From: Bigelowiella natans CCMP2755
Taxonomy: Eukaryota > Protista > Cercozoa
Reading direction: 5' to 3'
Length of the DNA stretch: 39,624 nucleotides
Assembly: GCA_000320545.1 (NCBI GenBank)
Contig: ADNK01000338.1
Coordinates: 1-39,624, forward strand
The notes under the pieces are model-generated. The model worked only from the letters and a program-made list of their open reading frames with translations. It had not been told where the DNA came from and ran no database searches. The position numbers and the translations under genes are program-made. This document shows positions 10,600 to 23,407 of this stretch, in pieces (within the stretch, counting starts at the first letter, position 1; each line of letters starts with the position of its first letter).

Positions 10600-11760
10600 T
10601 ACACTGCACGCAAGCATAGTGGATTTATGGATATTGATAAGTAGCCATACATATTGCATCAAAGTGCTTTGAAGTAAGCATGGTGCTGTCGACATTGCAT
10701 GTACACTTGCTCAAACTGCAACACATTTTTTTAATTGTAGCAAAGATGGCAAGCAGCTCTCATTGTTTAATATCATGAAATTTTGCTTGTTGTACTTAAT
10801 CCAATAAATGCATGTGGCAACAGACTGATAGTCACAGAATTGGCCGCGTATCGTAAGTCGGAAAAAGTTCTAGTCCTAGCTACGCATCAACATTGCACTT
10901 TGCGCCCACTTCTGCTTGTACTTATTTAATTGTTTGCCAAGTCTAGCGCTTGCAAAAGTCGCTTATTTTCACGTTTCTGTCCGACCTGAATGCCGATACG
11001 AACGTCAGAGCCTTATAGATCATTTTCCTCGCTGATAGATTCATTGCTATTTGGCCAAAACTAGGAAACTAGAAAATGAAGTTGTGCCGCAAGCTAGCAA
11101 GCCCCAGCATGCTAGCATGCGTTGACTTATAGAGCTCGTATGAGTTAACGGGTTGTCTATATAGTCATAACACAGACAGTCTGACAGTCTGCATGACAGC
11201 GTTTTTTGAGACGGATGCAATGAAGTGATTAAATCTTTTCAGTAGGTCATCCTAATTTATTAGCGCTGCAAAGCAGCGGCTACGCACAGCGCTCAAGTTG
11301 CATCATTGCATTATTTGTCTCGTCTAATGCTATGTGTGCGATTGCGACGCGATGTGTAATGAATCAAATTAAATTTGTTCAATAGTCATATGATAGATCG
11401 CTAGATCGACACAGTATCATATATGCTTGTGTGCATAGTATGTATGTAATACGTCGTATGGTGTGCTACATGTCTATCACGAGTATTACATGTGTCTCTA
11501 TAATAATTCATTCTCATAACTAGATAAATCTGTGCATGTGTGTAAGACTGGTGTAATCAATGCAAATTAAATTTATTCGATCAATGGTAGGATATCTAGA
11601 TATGGCTAGATAGTCTAGCAGTGTGAAGCATATGCGCTATCTAAGTCTAATAGCATAGTATGCGCTAGTGCGTCTAGGTCTAGATGTGTAACGCAATACG
11701 TCTTTCTTGAGCATATAATAACACGGCGTATGTCATGTTGTTCGTTGGAAGGCGGCACAA
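10600..11760. other. Palindrome-rich tail-to-tail spacer 2 (alpha/beta hydrolase / rpl18)
   Basis: About 15 CTAG by manual count, GCATGCTAGCATGC at 11107-11120, no CC on the plus strand from 11253 to 11765. Confidence 0.75.
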
Positions 11761-12195
11761 ATTAGCCGGTACGCTACGATGGCGACTGCAATGCTCATCA
11801 GCCAAATTTTGCATGATAGCTGTAGATAGCTTCGACAATTTTTATTTTTCGATTGGACACGACAGTATGTGCTCGTACCGAAGAGATCGCTCAGCAGAGA
11901 AAAGTGAAATTATCATTCGATAGTTCTGTGTTACTAAGTGCACATTTTACGGACATACAAGAAACTCTATTTCATATTAATAATTTCGGGAATAAAGGAG
12001 CGAGTACCGAAGTTGTTCGATCACTTGTTCAATCATCGAGTAGTTTGCGAGAATACAAAGATAGCGAAGAGTGATCATCGAGTAGATACGTTAACTAAAT
12101 CGATTTCCCCCCACTATGATGTATGTGATTCTCATAAGGAGAGTTCCCCATACCCGTGACCCCGAATGATGATGCTATTTTCTGTATGTAAGCAA

Positions 12196-12852
12196 TTAAA
12201 ATTGAAGTCCAGCTTCCCTTGCCCCGTCAGCAATACCAGCTACACGCCCATGATATTTGTATCCGTTGCGGTCAAATACTACTCGCTCGATTCCCTTCTC
12301 CTTGGCTCTTTCGCCAAGAAGCTTTCCTACAATTTCTGCCTGTTCCTTAGGAGTCTTGTCAGCGATTTGCTCTTTCACCACTTTCTCCACAGTTCCAGCC
12401 GCTGCTAACGTATGGCCTAAGGAGTCGTCAATGATTTGGCCGTAGATGTGGTTATTGGATCTGAACACAGAAAGGCGTGGCTTCTCGGAGGTACCCTCAA
12501 CCTTCTTGCGGATCGAAAGTTTACGACGACTCCTACGCTCTTCCTTCGAAATTCGTTCGTTAATACCGTGACCAAACATAATGGCATCGCAACCAACGTC
12601 TCTGCTCATGGATGGTCTTAAGCCCTGCATGTGCATAGCCATAGGGGCAACAACCCCCCTAGCACCCACAGCTGAGAGGCTCAAGTCCCCAGCAGCAGCC
12701 CAGTTAGCTGTAACATAGCCCATTACGCATACACAACCAACTATAGCCCCAATGACAACTGCACTTAATGAGCTTCTTCGCTGAGAACTGAAACCACCCA
12801 ACATATTTTGCGTTGCCTCTGAGACAGGGGGGAGGGTTTGATAGGCGGACAT
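12196..12852 (-). CDS. rpl18: Nucleus-encoded plastid 50S ribosomal protein L18 with bipartite targeting leader, intronless, 218 aa
   Basis: The C-terminal ~120 aa are bacterial/plastid uL18 ([30 protein letters not shown]...[28 protein letters not shown]). The N-terminus has a hydrophobic segment ([17 protein letters not shown]) followed by an Ala/Arg/Ser-rich transit-like stretch ending RDVGCDA. Confidence 0.96.
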   Translation of the reverse strand: MSAYQTLPPVSEATQNMLGGFSSQRRSSLSAVVIGAIVGCVCVMGYVTANWAAAGDLSLSAVGARGVVAPMAMHMQGLRPSMSRDVGCDAIMFGHGINERISKEERRSRRKLSIRKKVEGTSEKPRLSVFRSNNHIYGQIIDDSLGHTLAAAGTVEKVVKEQIADKTPKEQAEIVGKLLGERAKEKGIERVVFDRNGYKYHGRVAGIADGAREAGLQF

Positions 12853-13523
12853 TCGAGTGGTGTGGGGAAAGGGTCTGATCAGACTTAAAGTCTTTCTCGG
12901 CTACATTATCATTTTGCAAATAAAGGACAAAAAATGGAGAAATCCATAATTTTCTTGTCGCAATAAATGAAATAAACGATATCAGAGTAAATATGCATGT
13001 AGCCGAGGAACACAGGAGCCTGGAATTACATAATCGCCGCCCCGTTGAACCGTCACTGACCGTCAGTCTCGGAGACTCTCTTTCTCGGAACATCTTTGCC
13101 GCCGTAAAGAAGTGCGGAAATGCGCACTTGGAATTCGGAATGTATTTGCTCTTTTTTAGTACCAACATATCGAGTTTCCATATGAAAATGAAGGTGACGT
13201 TGATTTTGGAACGTATTTGCGGTTTTATTTGCTGTCTCATGGGTAAATTGCACTCCTTTACAGTACGGTCAGCTTCAGATTTCGCACGTCATTTGGAATT
13301 GTCGGCAATGGAAGCCTGTCCGCGCCCCTGAGGAAAGCACAAGCTTGGCTTTAATACAGCGCCTATAGGCCCTCACGGAATCGGTGGACTATAAGGTTGC
13401 GTGATAATTGTTGTGTTTTCGGTTGTATCGCTCTCACTGCGCCTAACAACTCTTTCACCGGCTTTCGGACAATGCATCCCAGTCAGCAGCTGACGTTTTC
13501 ACGATGTGGTATTTCCAAAGGGG

Positions 13524-15319
13524 ATGGAGGAGCTCCAGAATGCCCTTCGGCTGTATAGCGTCGTCAATTCGATCGAATCTGACCTCAGATCGATATGCCT
13601 CGAGAGCCGAAAGAAAGGCAAAGGGATGTTCATGCAGCTGAAGCAGGTTACCCCCATCCCCAACCCCTGATGTTTCTTGGCGAAAGAATTTGCTCAGAGG
13701 GACTTCGTGTTTCCTTTTAGGCTGCGGAGAAGGTAATTGTACGGCTGCGAGGAATCCACGAGCAACACGCGGCTTTTGCACAACACAAGACCAACTATCT
13801 TTATCGTACAAACATGCTAAAGGAGAACCTCGATGCCATCCAGAAGGTCGGGTACTTGTAGAATGGGGGGGGGTCAAGTGGGGCAGCGAATTGAAGATGA
13901 CGTGGGGACGAGAATGGGAATTCCTTACGCATTCAAGCACTTTCGCTACCCATTTTTTTAAAGAGAAAAAATGTAATTAAATTGACGAGTTTTTGTAAAT
14001 GCTTAACAGCCCCTCAGTTGGCATTAATGCCAAGTTAGTCGTGCCGATTAGCTGCGTTGCAGATAAATTCTGTGCTGCTTTACCTGATATATCAAGTTTC
14101 AAGAAACATATCTGGGATGTTATTATTATTCAACAGGCAAGTAATGCGCACAACAGCATCGATAGGGACACAAACTACCAATATCAGGTCCCTTTTCTTG
14201 TGGCAATCATCAATATATCTCCTCCTTCCATCTTCCCCGTCCCCCCCCCCCTTTCCCTCCTTCCGAATCGATAGTTGAGGAAAGAAAGACACATTTCAAT
14301 TTCAATAAACACGGTTCTAGTATAGAATCAATTCAAGATCACAATCACCGACATCTTTCACAACAATTTCGATCGTTTCCCAGTACACGGAGGACGGCGA
14401 AAAGATGACGGAAGGCTACATGCGGATAAGATTACAATACCTGGACGAAGAAATGAAGAAGAAGGTAGAGGGATTCTCTGCGTGCTCCACGGCCTTCCCT
14501 TCAAAAAAATATAAGATTCACACCGTATTATTTTCACTTGGGTCTAGGATGATTAGATTCAATCAAGCATGCCGTTTATTGCAGCAGTATATCCTTCACT
14601 CAACCGCCCCCAACCCTCTCTCCTTACTCTTCTCCTTCTCCTTCTCCAAGGCGTTCATTTTCAGTCAGGATGCCCTCAACACGTTACGGTACAGAATATA
14701 CGACGGTCGTTGTCATCATCGTTTTGCAGTTATCGGAGCTCTTTTCTTGCACGCAGACAGTCACCGTCACCACAACTCAATAAAATTATTAGGTCCCAAC
14801 AAACGCTGCGTCCATTTCTTATAGCATGCGCAACGAAGTGGCCAGGGTAACAACACAGACACACCATTTCCTGTGGTTATAACCCCTTGTCAACCATGCC
14901 CGGTTTTGTCCCATGTTCTTACTTGCTTTTGTTGGCGATCCGACTATACAGCGTCACGCTGCTGGCTCTGAACGCAATGCAGCGTCTTCTGAGCATCGGT
15001 AGGAAATCACAATGAGTTGGCAGTGTTGACAGGACTATATATGACCACTATCGATGAAACAAATGCATGTACATTTGTTGTAGATAACGACATAATTGGA
15101 GTAATATCGTTCCTTTGAGGGACATGATCACTATTGCCCGAATACTCACAACTTTTTCGAATCAATCCCCGGCCTCACGCCCCCCCCCCTCTCCCCCTCG
15201 CTCTTTTATTTTTTTTTGAATTTACATGTGCACGTTTACAGGGGCCATTGTGGATACCCAGCCTGGAATTATCATCGGCACGCTACGAATTCAGGCTGAA
15301 ACTAAGCATCAAGTACTCA

Positions 15320-15411
<92 letters not shown>

Positions 15412-15984
15412 TGTTCGCACTCATACTAGCACAAGCAATACGATTGCTAAATGTTTAAGATGGCGAATCCATGATGTTCCATGTACAAAAAAAACAACCC
15501 GTAATTTCGACGTTCATCTCGATTTCCCACTTTGAAGAAGAAAGAGAAGAAGAAGAAGAATGAGAAGAAAAAGAAGAACAAGAAGAAATGATGATGGTGA
15601 TGAGGAAAGCTACTCCTTGATTAGCTACTCCATCTTTCACTGCGAACGTCTCTAACATCTCGCATTTCTTCCTCCCGGCTATTGAAGAAGGGAGAGCCTA
15701 CAGCGTGAATGTTCCACAAATGACGGACTAATTACATGATATCGATGATAACAATCACAAAGGGCGTCCAATTGAAGATCCTGCAAACGCTGACACTAGC
15801 TCTAACCCCTGTCATTTCTGCGGCAAGTGCTAACACCATCCGCCTCGCTGCTGCATCAGCTATTCCAAGGTGAGACGAGAGGAGCAACTCATATTCGCAT
15901 TGTTTCACACTAGGAAGAGTAGAGGAGGAGAACATTAGAAAAAATGTCCTCTCTCACTCCTTCATTTTATTATATATAAATATA

Positions 15985-16043
<59 letters not shown>

Positions 16044-17873
16044 TATTCTTATAGCGGACTCTACTCCTGAATTCTGGTCTCCCCCCCCCCCCTCTCCCCT
16101 TTCAGACCCACGTCGCTGCCGGGAGAAGACATGAAAGGAGGCGGTGAGCATCAGCCTGGCGTCGTGAAGAAGCATAAGATCGATTTGAACACGCCAAAAG
16201 AGTGAGTACCCGCAAGCTGCTCCCCACCCTTTTCATATCGTAAATAAGATGAAGTGCACAGTCAACGACTGGAGGGAGGTGGAAAAAAATTCTATTTGAG
16301 ATTGGATCCCAAAATGCAAGCGTGGGGATCAGTTATTTTACGAGAAAGAAATGGCGCTGTGTGCGTGCGTCCTCTTGTTACGGTTGGTACTGCGGAATAA
16401 TTAAACTTACTCTCTCTCTATATCTCTCTACCCCGCTCTCTGTGGAATTTTTACCCCCCCCCCAATATCAAGGCTGCAAGTTAGCCAAATCCCCCGCGCG
16501 GCAAGAATCTCCGACCTTGTTGATACGGAAGGTGCTGTTCTCCACCTCCCCCCCCCCCCCCCCCCCCTTCAGTAGCGGTTTGTATGGTAAGGCGTCTTAC
16601 GTTCTGTGCAGCGGGGCGAAGATGACAACGAATGTTCCAACCGCTTGATCCACTCGAATTAAATACTTAAATAAAAATAAAGTTCAATAAAAATAGAAAT
16701 AACAATAGCGGTATAAAAACTTTGCGGGGCTAACTTTTCCACAAACCTGCTACGCACGTGTTTGTCGTTAACTGCAGGGCTGGAGACGATCATGCTGCAA
16801 TCTCTATCAATATGCTTTAGGTAATAGTGTTAGTAATATAGAGGGAGGGCGATCATTGAGATAGAGTATTTTGCCTCTGCTTACTGTAGACTTCTTGGGG
16901 TATCTACCGCCGCCATCTATCACACGGCATTTGCTACCTTGCGACAGGTCGGTTAACGCAGTGTTTCCGCGTCCTGTGTTTCCTTCTATTGTTTTTGGAT
17001 GGCGCAAATGAGAAAATGCAATTTATCATATTAGCCTGACAACACACACACACACAAATACGTAATGCTTACAACACAGGTCGTTCAGCTGCTCTACGAT
17101 AGCGTTTCGCAGGTTAGAGAACGCTGAGAATATATCTCCAGACGTCGCCCTTGATGAGTGTTAATTGCAATCGTCAGTACAAATGAGAAATGGTAACACA
17201 TCAATCCAGGTGTTCCAGAAGGTGCCAGAACTAGGCAAAAATACATCCGGGGAAGAAGCAAAGCTAGACAAGCTTCCGCTCGAAGCAAGTAGGCTTGCCA
17301 CATTGTCTTGCTTTTCCTCCGCACATCTCAAATATCAGAGCATGGCTTGTGATTGCGGTCGTTGCGGTTAGAGTTTATAGAGTCTTCGTGCAAGGGCCAT
17401 AACCACCGAAATACCGATATTCGATGAATTGGAATGTAGATTTGATTTACATCTCCAATTCAAATCGTGTGAATCTTGGCTTTATCTCTCGAAAAAAATA
17501 TGTTTTTTCCATGCCCACTGCCATTACCCCCCCCCCCCCCCCGCCGCCCCCCTTTCTATCTCCCTCCTTTCTACACCATACACAAAGATGGCGAGAAACT
17601 ATTCATTTTTATCTATTATTTTTTGATTCTGATGGACATGAGAGAAAAAATAGGAGCCCTGAGGCATCTCCCTACTACCCCCCCCCCCCTCTTCCTCCCA
17701 CTTTTATTAGAAATGGCCTTTAAATTGTTCAAAGATCTATGCTATTTGGCCACTGCGGAGGGTACAAAGACGGAATGGCTAATGGTAACGTGTATGTAGC
17801 GCTCTCTGATCATATCCTCTTCTTTATCTTCGTCTGTATGAACGCGTGCGCGTGCGCGTGTGAGTGAGTGAGC

Positions 17874-17919
<46 letters not shown>

Positions 17920-18822
17920 AGGGAAAGTAAAAAAGCCAGCAAATTTCCGCAGGTATCGAGGATGCCTAGTGTCTCTCAAACAGCATGCTTGGAGCTGATC
18001 GAGCTAGTGCTAAAAACGCATCATCGCATGTACGCAGCAGAGTGTTGACCTAACTATAAATCTAACAGCATTTTCCATACTCCTTTCGAGCAGCTTTACG
18101 CAACAACAATAACAACAACGACGCCATTTCTCTTCCGAATCTCTAGATTCTACTAGTTTTTATGTTCAATACTTAGCGTATCTCTCCTACTATAAACTGT
18201 TTGAGTTTGCTTACAGTGCGTGAGCGCCTGTGTGTTATATATGCGCGTATGAAACGCCGGTGGTATGCAGTAACAAGTGAAATTAATAAACGGTCACGAT
18301 CATCATTTCATGGCCTTTGGAATCAATTTGTTCAGCTTCAAGTCGGAGCCGTTCTTCACACACCTAGTGCAACAACAGCTGGGGACTATGCTGGTATCCC
18401 CCCCCCTCCTCCTCTCCTCCCTTCTCCCCCTTGCAAGCACAAGCAAGCACAAGATTCACGCAATTACTTATTTTCCCTGATGTATCCGTTTGGTATCCCC
18501 TCCGCTTCCTTTTCCTTCTTAATATTGCTAGGTAACACAGCTCAGGACGGCGTACGAGTTCCCAAAGGTACTTCTTCCGCTATTTGTAGCTGCCGATATG
18601 ATGATGATGATGATGACGATGATGATGGTGATGATGTGCCTTTGTGATGCATGATTAGATTCTAAACAGTAGAGCTGAAATTATCCCCTCCCCCTTCCCC
18701 CCCCGTTTCCTACATAGGTGTTGCGCCTTGTTAGAATCGGCACGGTTCTCGTCAGGGAGTACCGGAAAAGATTGGTAACAATAAACGCAACACATATGCT
18801 ACTGCGTTTCGAATATCAAGAG

Positions 18823-18866
<44 letters not shown>

Positions 18867-20162
18867 CTAGTGTATAGTGATTCTGTTTAATGATCATCGG
18901 TATGATTACGATGTTTTCCCCCCTTATCCAGATCTCTGAGTGCGAGATGCTGCTCTCTATCTTCGTTCGCATGTACAAGGCTCTAACTTTTAAGACAACA
19001 GCACATCCTATCAGCTGCACTTATCTGCCAAAATACTTCTCAACACTTAGACTGATTAAAGGCGCTGCTAGAGAGGCTGCTTTCTTCCATCTCCCTCGCT
19101 AAAGTGTTGTTTGTGTTGTCTGTGTTGTCCTAGGCTGGAACCTGATTTCCCCTTATGGCACCGGGTTCTGATATTGGAAGGTGCTGCCTGCTAATGCCAC
19201 TACTCTCTCTTATGTCGGATGCAGGAGATATACGCTTTTCCTCTCGGCACTCCCACCCCCCCCCCTCCCTCACCCTACCCCTCTATGCGGTCGCATATGT
19301 ACTAGCCCGACGGTGATGATAGCCTCCACGCGGAAAATGCGAGCATGCAAACGACTGACATTCTGTGTGCACGTATATCAGGCATCTGTGAGTTCTGCGA
19401 TGACCCGGACTTACTGTAATGCGAAGCAGCAAGAAACACCGCGATTATTGACATGTTATCTAATGCCAATGCCGCTATTCGGACGTAGTTACTGCGCTTT
19501 ATCTTTGGATTAAATGCGGAAGTATCTTTCGCACTTCTGTGCTCGCGTCAATGCGCGTGCTGCCTTCATAGAGCTGTCTCAATATATATGAGAGAATGTA
19601 GATATTACCAACTCCTTCCTCTTGTTGTCAAACGATGACGACTCGCCTTTCGAGAGAACATCTTCTAGCATAGAGAGTTGGTCTCCCTTGCCTAATCGTC
19701 GCTGTTTACATTCACGCAGCTACCACGTGTTCGTCTCTTACGACATGCAACCTCCCGCAACGAAGGTGGTGCGACTTATCGGTTTCGTTTTCAATGAATA
19801 GAAATGCGCCTTGGTTATTGATTGGAGATTGCCATGGATACGATATGCTCCGTAGGTTTTCGGTTCCATCACGCACGTCCTGTCGAGGTGAATTTGAATA
19901 TACAACGACAACGATAACAACAATCACCTCTCCAATCATCGTGTAGGCCGTGTTGATATTATCATGCGTTTGAAAGGTTTGTGCAGCACGCGAACTGGAG
20001 CAAGAACCCCTCGCTATCCGACCAAGGGGGGGGGGGAGCAGCAGGGCAACAACAAGGCGCTCTTCCAGGTTGTCGGAACTACTCGAATTTATGCGCCCCC
20101 GCCATTGATAAGTCAATTTGGAAAATGAAAGAATTGGAAATGTTATTCCATTTCTCTCTCTG

Positions 20163-20218
<56 letters not shown>

Positions 20219-20878
20219 GCGCGCACACACACACAAATGCAAATGCACACGCAGGGGCAGCTAAAGCGCCTACCTCGGCCGCGACGGTGACATCATCCTT
20301 CGCATCTACAATGCTATCCACGTTCGGGGTGAGGAGAGCGAATGCCCCGAGCACGCCCTCAACGGAGATAATCGGAGCCCACCAGACGTACTCAGGAGGG
20401 GGGGGTAAGCATTCATGCTGTTGATCTATGCTTGGATAATCATCTCTCACTCGGAGAAAGAGAAGAAGAAGAAGAAGAAGAAGAAGAGGAGGACCAAGCA
20501 GTCACTATTGTAGATGGTGTTTCGATGATGATGTGCATGGTCTTCGAGATAAAAACCGCACGATTATTCGCCTCGGAACGCATGCGTTGTCGCTATTAAA
20601 AATTTGTATATTCCCGACATAGGATTTTCCACCTTTAGTGGCAGTTCCCCCCCCCCCCCCCCTCTCTCTTTCTCACTCTCATACTGCCCCACACTCATCT
20701 CACATAAAAAGGGTGCATATACAAGGACTTACACCGTCGTCATCGGACCCCACGCCTGAAAGCCTGGGCGCCTCCATGTGGAAAAACCACCGCTCGGGGA
20801 GGGGGAAGTCCAAAGGGCTTGCCCTGGTTTCCGACCTCTCCCCCCCCAACTACCCAGAAACCTAATGACCCACACACA

Positions 20879-20932
<54 letters not shown>

Positions 20933-22027
20933 ATTAAAATGATGGAGAGATGCACGAGACACATGCTGCATCATCATAAATCCGATTCGAGCAATGTGTG
21001 CGGAGAGTAGCCTCTTCGTTCCAAAAAAACCAAGTTCCAAAAGCACAAAGTCGCAGTGTTACAGAGAGACTCAATGGACTCTTCTTCCATGTGGTGGCTC
21101 TCCTCATTGAAGAATTTATGAAGATTGCTTTTACCGCTGCACAGGTATCCGGTCACCGTCGCGGTGAAGGCCATTTCCCGCGTTATAAATAGCTTCTCGG
21201 TCATCGCAAAGGCGATGAAGAGGGGGGAGGAGAGGAAAAAACAACGCTCGAGGGCTGCGAAGAGGAAGGTCAGAGATTGTTTGGAAATCCTTTTTAAGAA
21301 ACAACAAAGCATCAATATTAAACTAATGCACCCGTGAAATATGCCTAATAAAACACCCAGAAACGCTGCGGTTCTTCGATAGTAACAAGCATAACACAGC
21401 AGCAGCATGGTGGGGGCAAAGACCGCACAGTCGCAGCTGCTTCCTCCGCAGAGGCGAAATCAGCCAAAGAAGATGTGGAGAGTAGCAGCAGCTCACAAAC
21501 GAGGAAGGGCCCGGAAGTAGCTGAATCTGATAAGAACATACGCACCCCCTCCCCCGCCGCGTCTTCGTCATCGTTGCCGCCATTGTCGTCATCAAGACGG
21601 ATGGGGGTACCACCGAGGCCGAGGAGGGTTGATGATATCCTTGAAAATGCTGATTTTGAGGTAGAGATTGCGTGTATGCCGTTGGTATTTTTGCGAGTAT
21701 ATGGATATGTACCTTGGTTTGTTTAGCACTTCGCATGCCGCGCGCGCGTGTGTGTGTGCGTGTGTACGCGGTTAAACATAACAGTTGTATTGAATGATAC
21801 TGACAGGTGTGTGTGAAGATGTGCAAGACTGTGCTTTTTCCAGTTCTTGCCGCCCTCTCGTATCTTCTCTCCAACTGCGTCAATGCAGCAGAAGTGTGTA
21901 AACCCTCCTCCCCCTCCCACCTTTCCCAAAGTGAATGATTTTTGAATATATATACAGCGTTGGTTGGTTGTGCGGTCAAATGATGCAAAGTGGACATCTA
22001 ATACTAAATATTAATTGCATTTGTACC

Positions 22028-22063
<36 letters not shown>

Positions 22064-22235
22064 TACACACACACGCACGCACGCACACACGCGCGCGCAT
22101 TGAAGTAGCGTTGGGAGTGATATATGTTCTTCTCTTCCAGATTCAGCACGTGTTGATTGCGTACCAAAGCTTCACAGAAAGCTGCCTCATGCTCAATGGT
22201 AATGCAAAGAACAATGGCAGCGATGATAGTGATGG

Positions 22236-22266
<31 letters not shown>

Positions 22267-23372
22267 AGTGATAGTGATGATGACGCCATAGCAAGGGCTA
22301 TAATAATAACGATATTTGTGAATTTGACAGCGATTTTCACCTCAATTGTACAACTCATTAGTTCTTGATGCTGCTTCGTCGTTTGTCGAGAGTCTCTGCA
22401 AGTTTGCCCTTCCGACTTCACGTAAAAATGAAATTTGTCAAATAACACTCGCGCAGCGTAGATATGAAACGCGATTCGTTTGGTATTTGAATAAATGGTT
22501 TTCGAGCATCAACAGCCTAAAAAACAATTGCAAGCAACGGATCTTTTGGCGACTAGTTTTTTTGAACTCGTTGGTTTTGCCCCAACTTCTCCTTCACGAA
22601 GTTCTCCATAAAACTGTTTCGATGCGCTCTGAGCGATCAATGGCGCATTGCAATGCGAAGCAACGATGATGACGATGTGTCTTGTTTAAAGATTTCTTCA
22701 GTGCTAAACGATATTTCCGATGTTTACAATAATTATGTCGATCTGGCAGGAAACCAACCGCAAATTACCCAGAAGATGGCCATGCCGAAAGACATCAAAG
22801 ACGTACGCGCCCATAGAACCCAACGATGTTACAGTTTCGAGTCTCCCTGTCAAAATTGCAAAACAATACATGCCTCGCAATTGAGACGCATCATCCTATA
22901 ACTAGGTGAAAAACATGGAACACCTCCTCAGCCCCAAGCACATCCTCGTCCTCAAAGCTTTGCTATCCATTGCGCACAATTCTGGAACGATGCTCGGGCC
23001 GATATGGATGGGGTGGGGTTAACCCAAAACCAAATGCAAATGCTATCTTGCATTGCGTGAGCAAGCTTAATTGTAGCAGCTGATGATTCTTCTTTCTTAC
23101 CCAGATTGCTGCGGACTTTCCATACGATGGATCAGATATTGCGAATAAACGCAAAAGCGGTATATACGGCGCTCGTCAAGATTATATAATCTCACATAGC
23201 ATGCACTCGGAACTGATTTCAGTTGTACCCCCCCCCCTCCCCCCCCTAGTTCTTACACATTTTCTTATCTCCACCAGATACAGATTGTATCCAGAAGCAA
23301 GCCAGGAGGGACCAAAGACACCGCGACAAACGTGAAAGTACGGTTGCAGTTATATATTATAAATGTATATAT

Positions 23373-23407
<35 letters not shown>

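Noticed and set aside
7250-11760. Hydrolase pair as cargo of a DNA transposon bounded by the two spacers
   Set aside because: No terminal inverted repeats, target-site duplication or transposase could be seen by eye, and a third spacer of the same kind occurs without cargo.
11735-12159. Short ORFs downstream of rpl18 (11853-12074 and neighbours)
   Set aside because: No recognisable domain or splice context; probably 3' flank.
12993-13331. 112-aa ORF in the rpl18/MON2 spacer
   Set aside because: No homology recognised, and it cannot be spliced convincingly into MON2 exon 1, which has an upstream in-frame stop.
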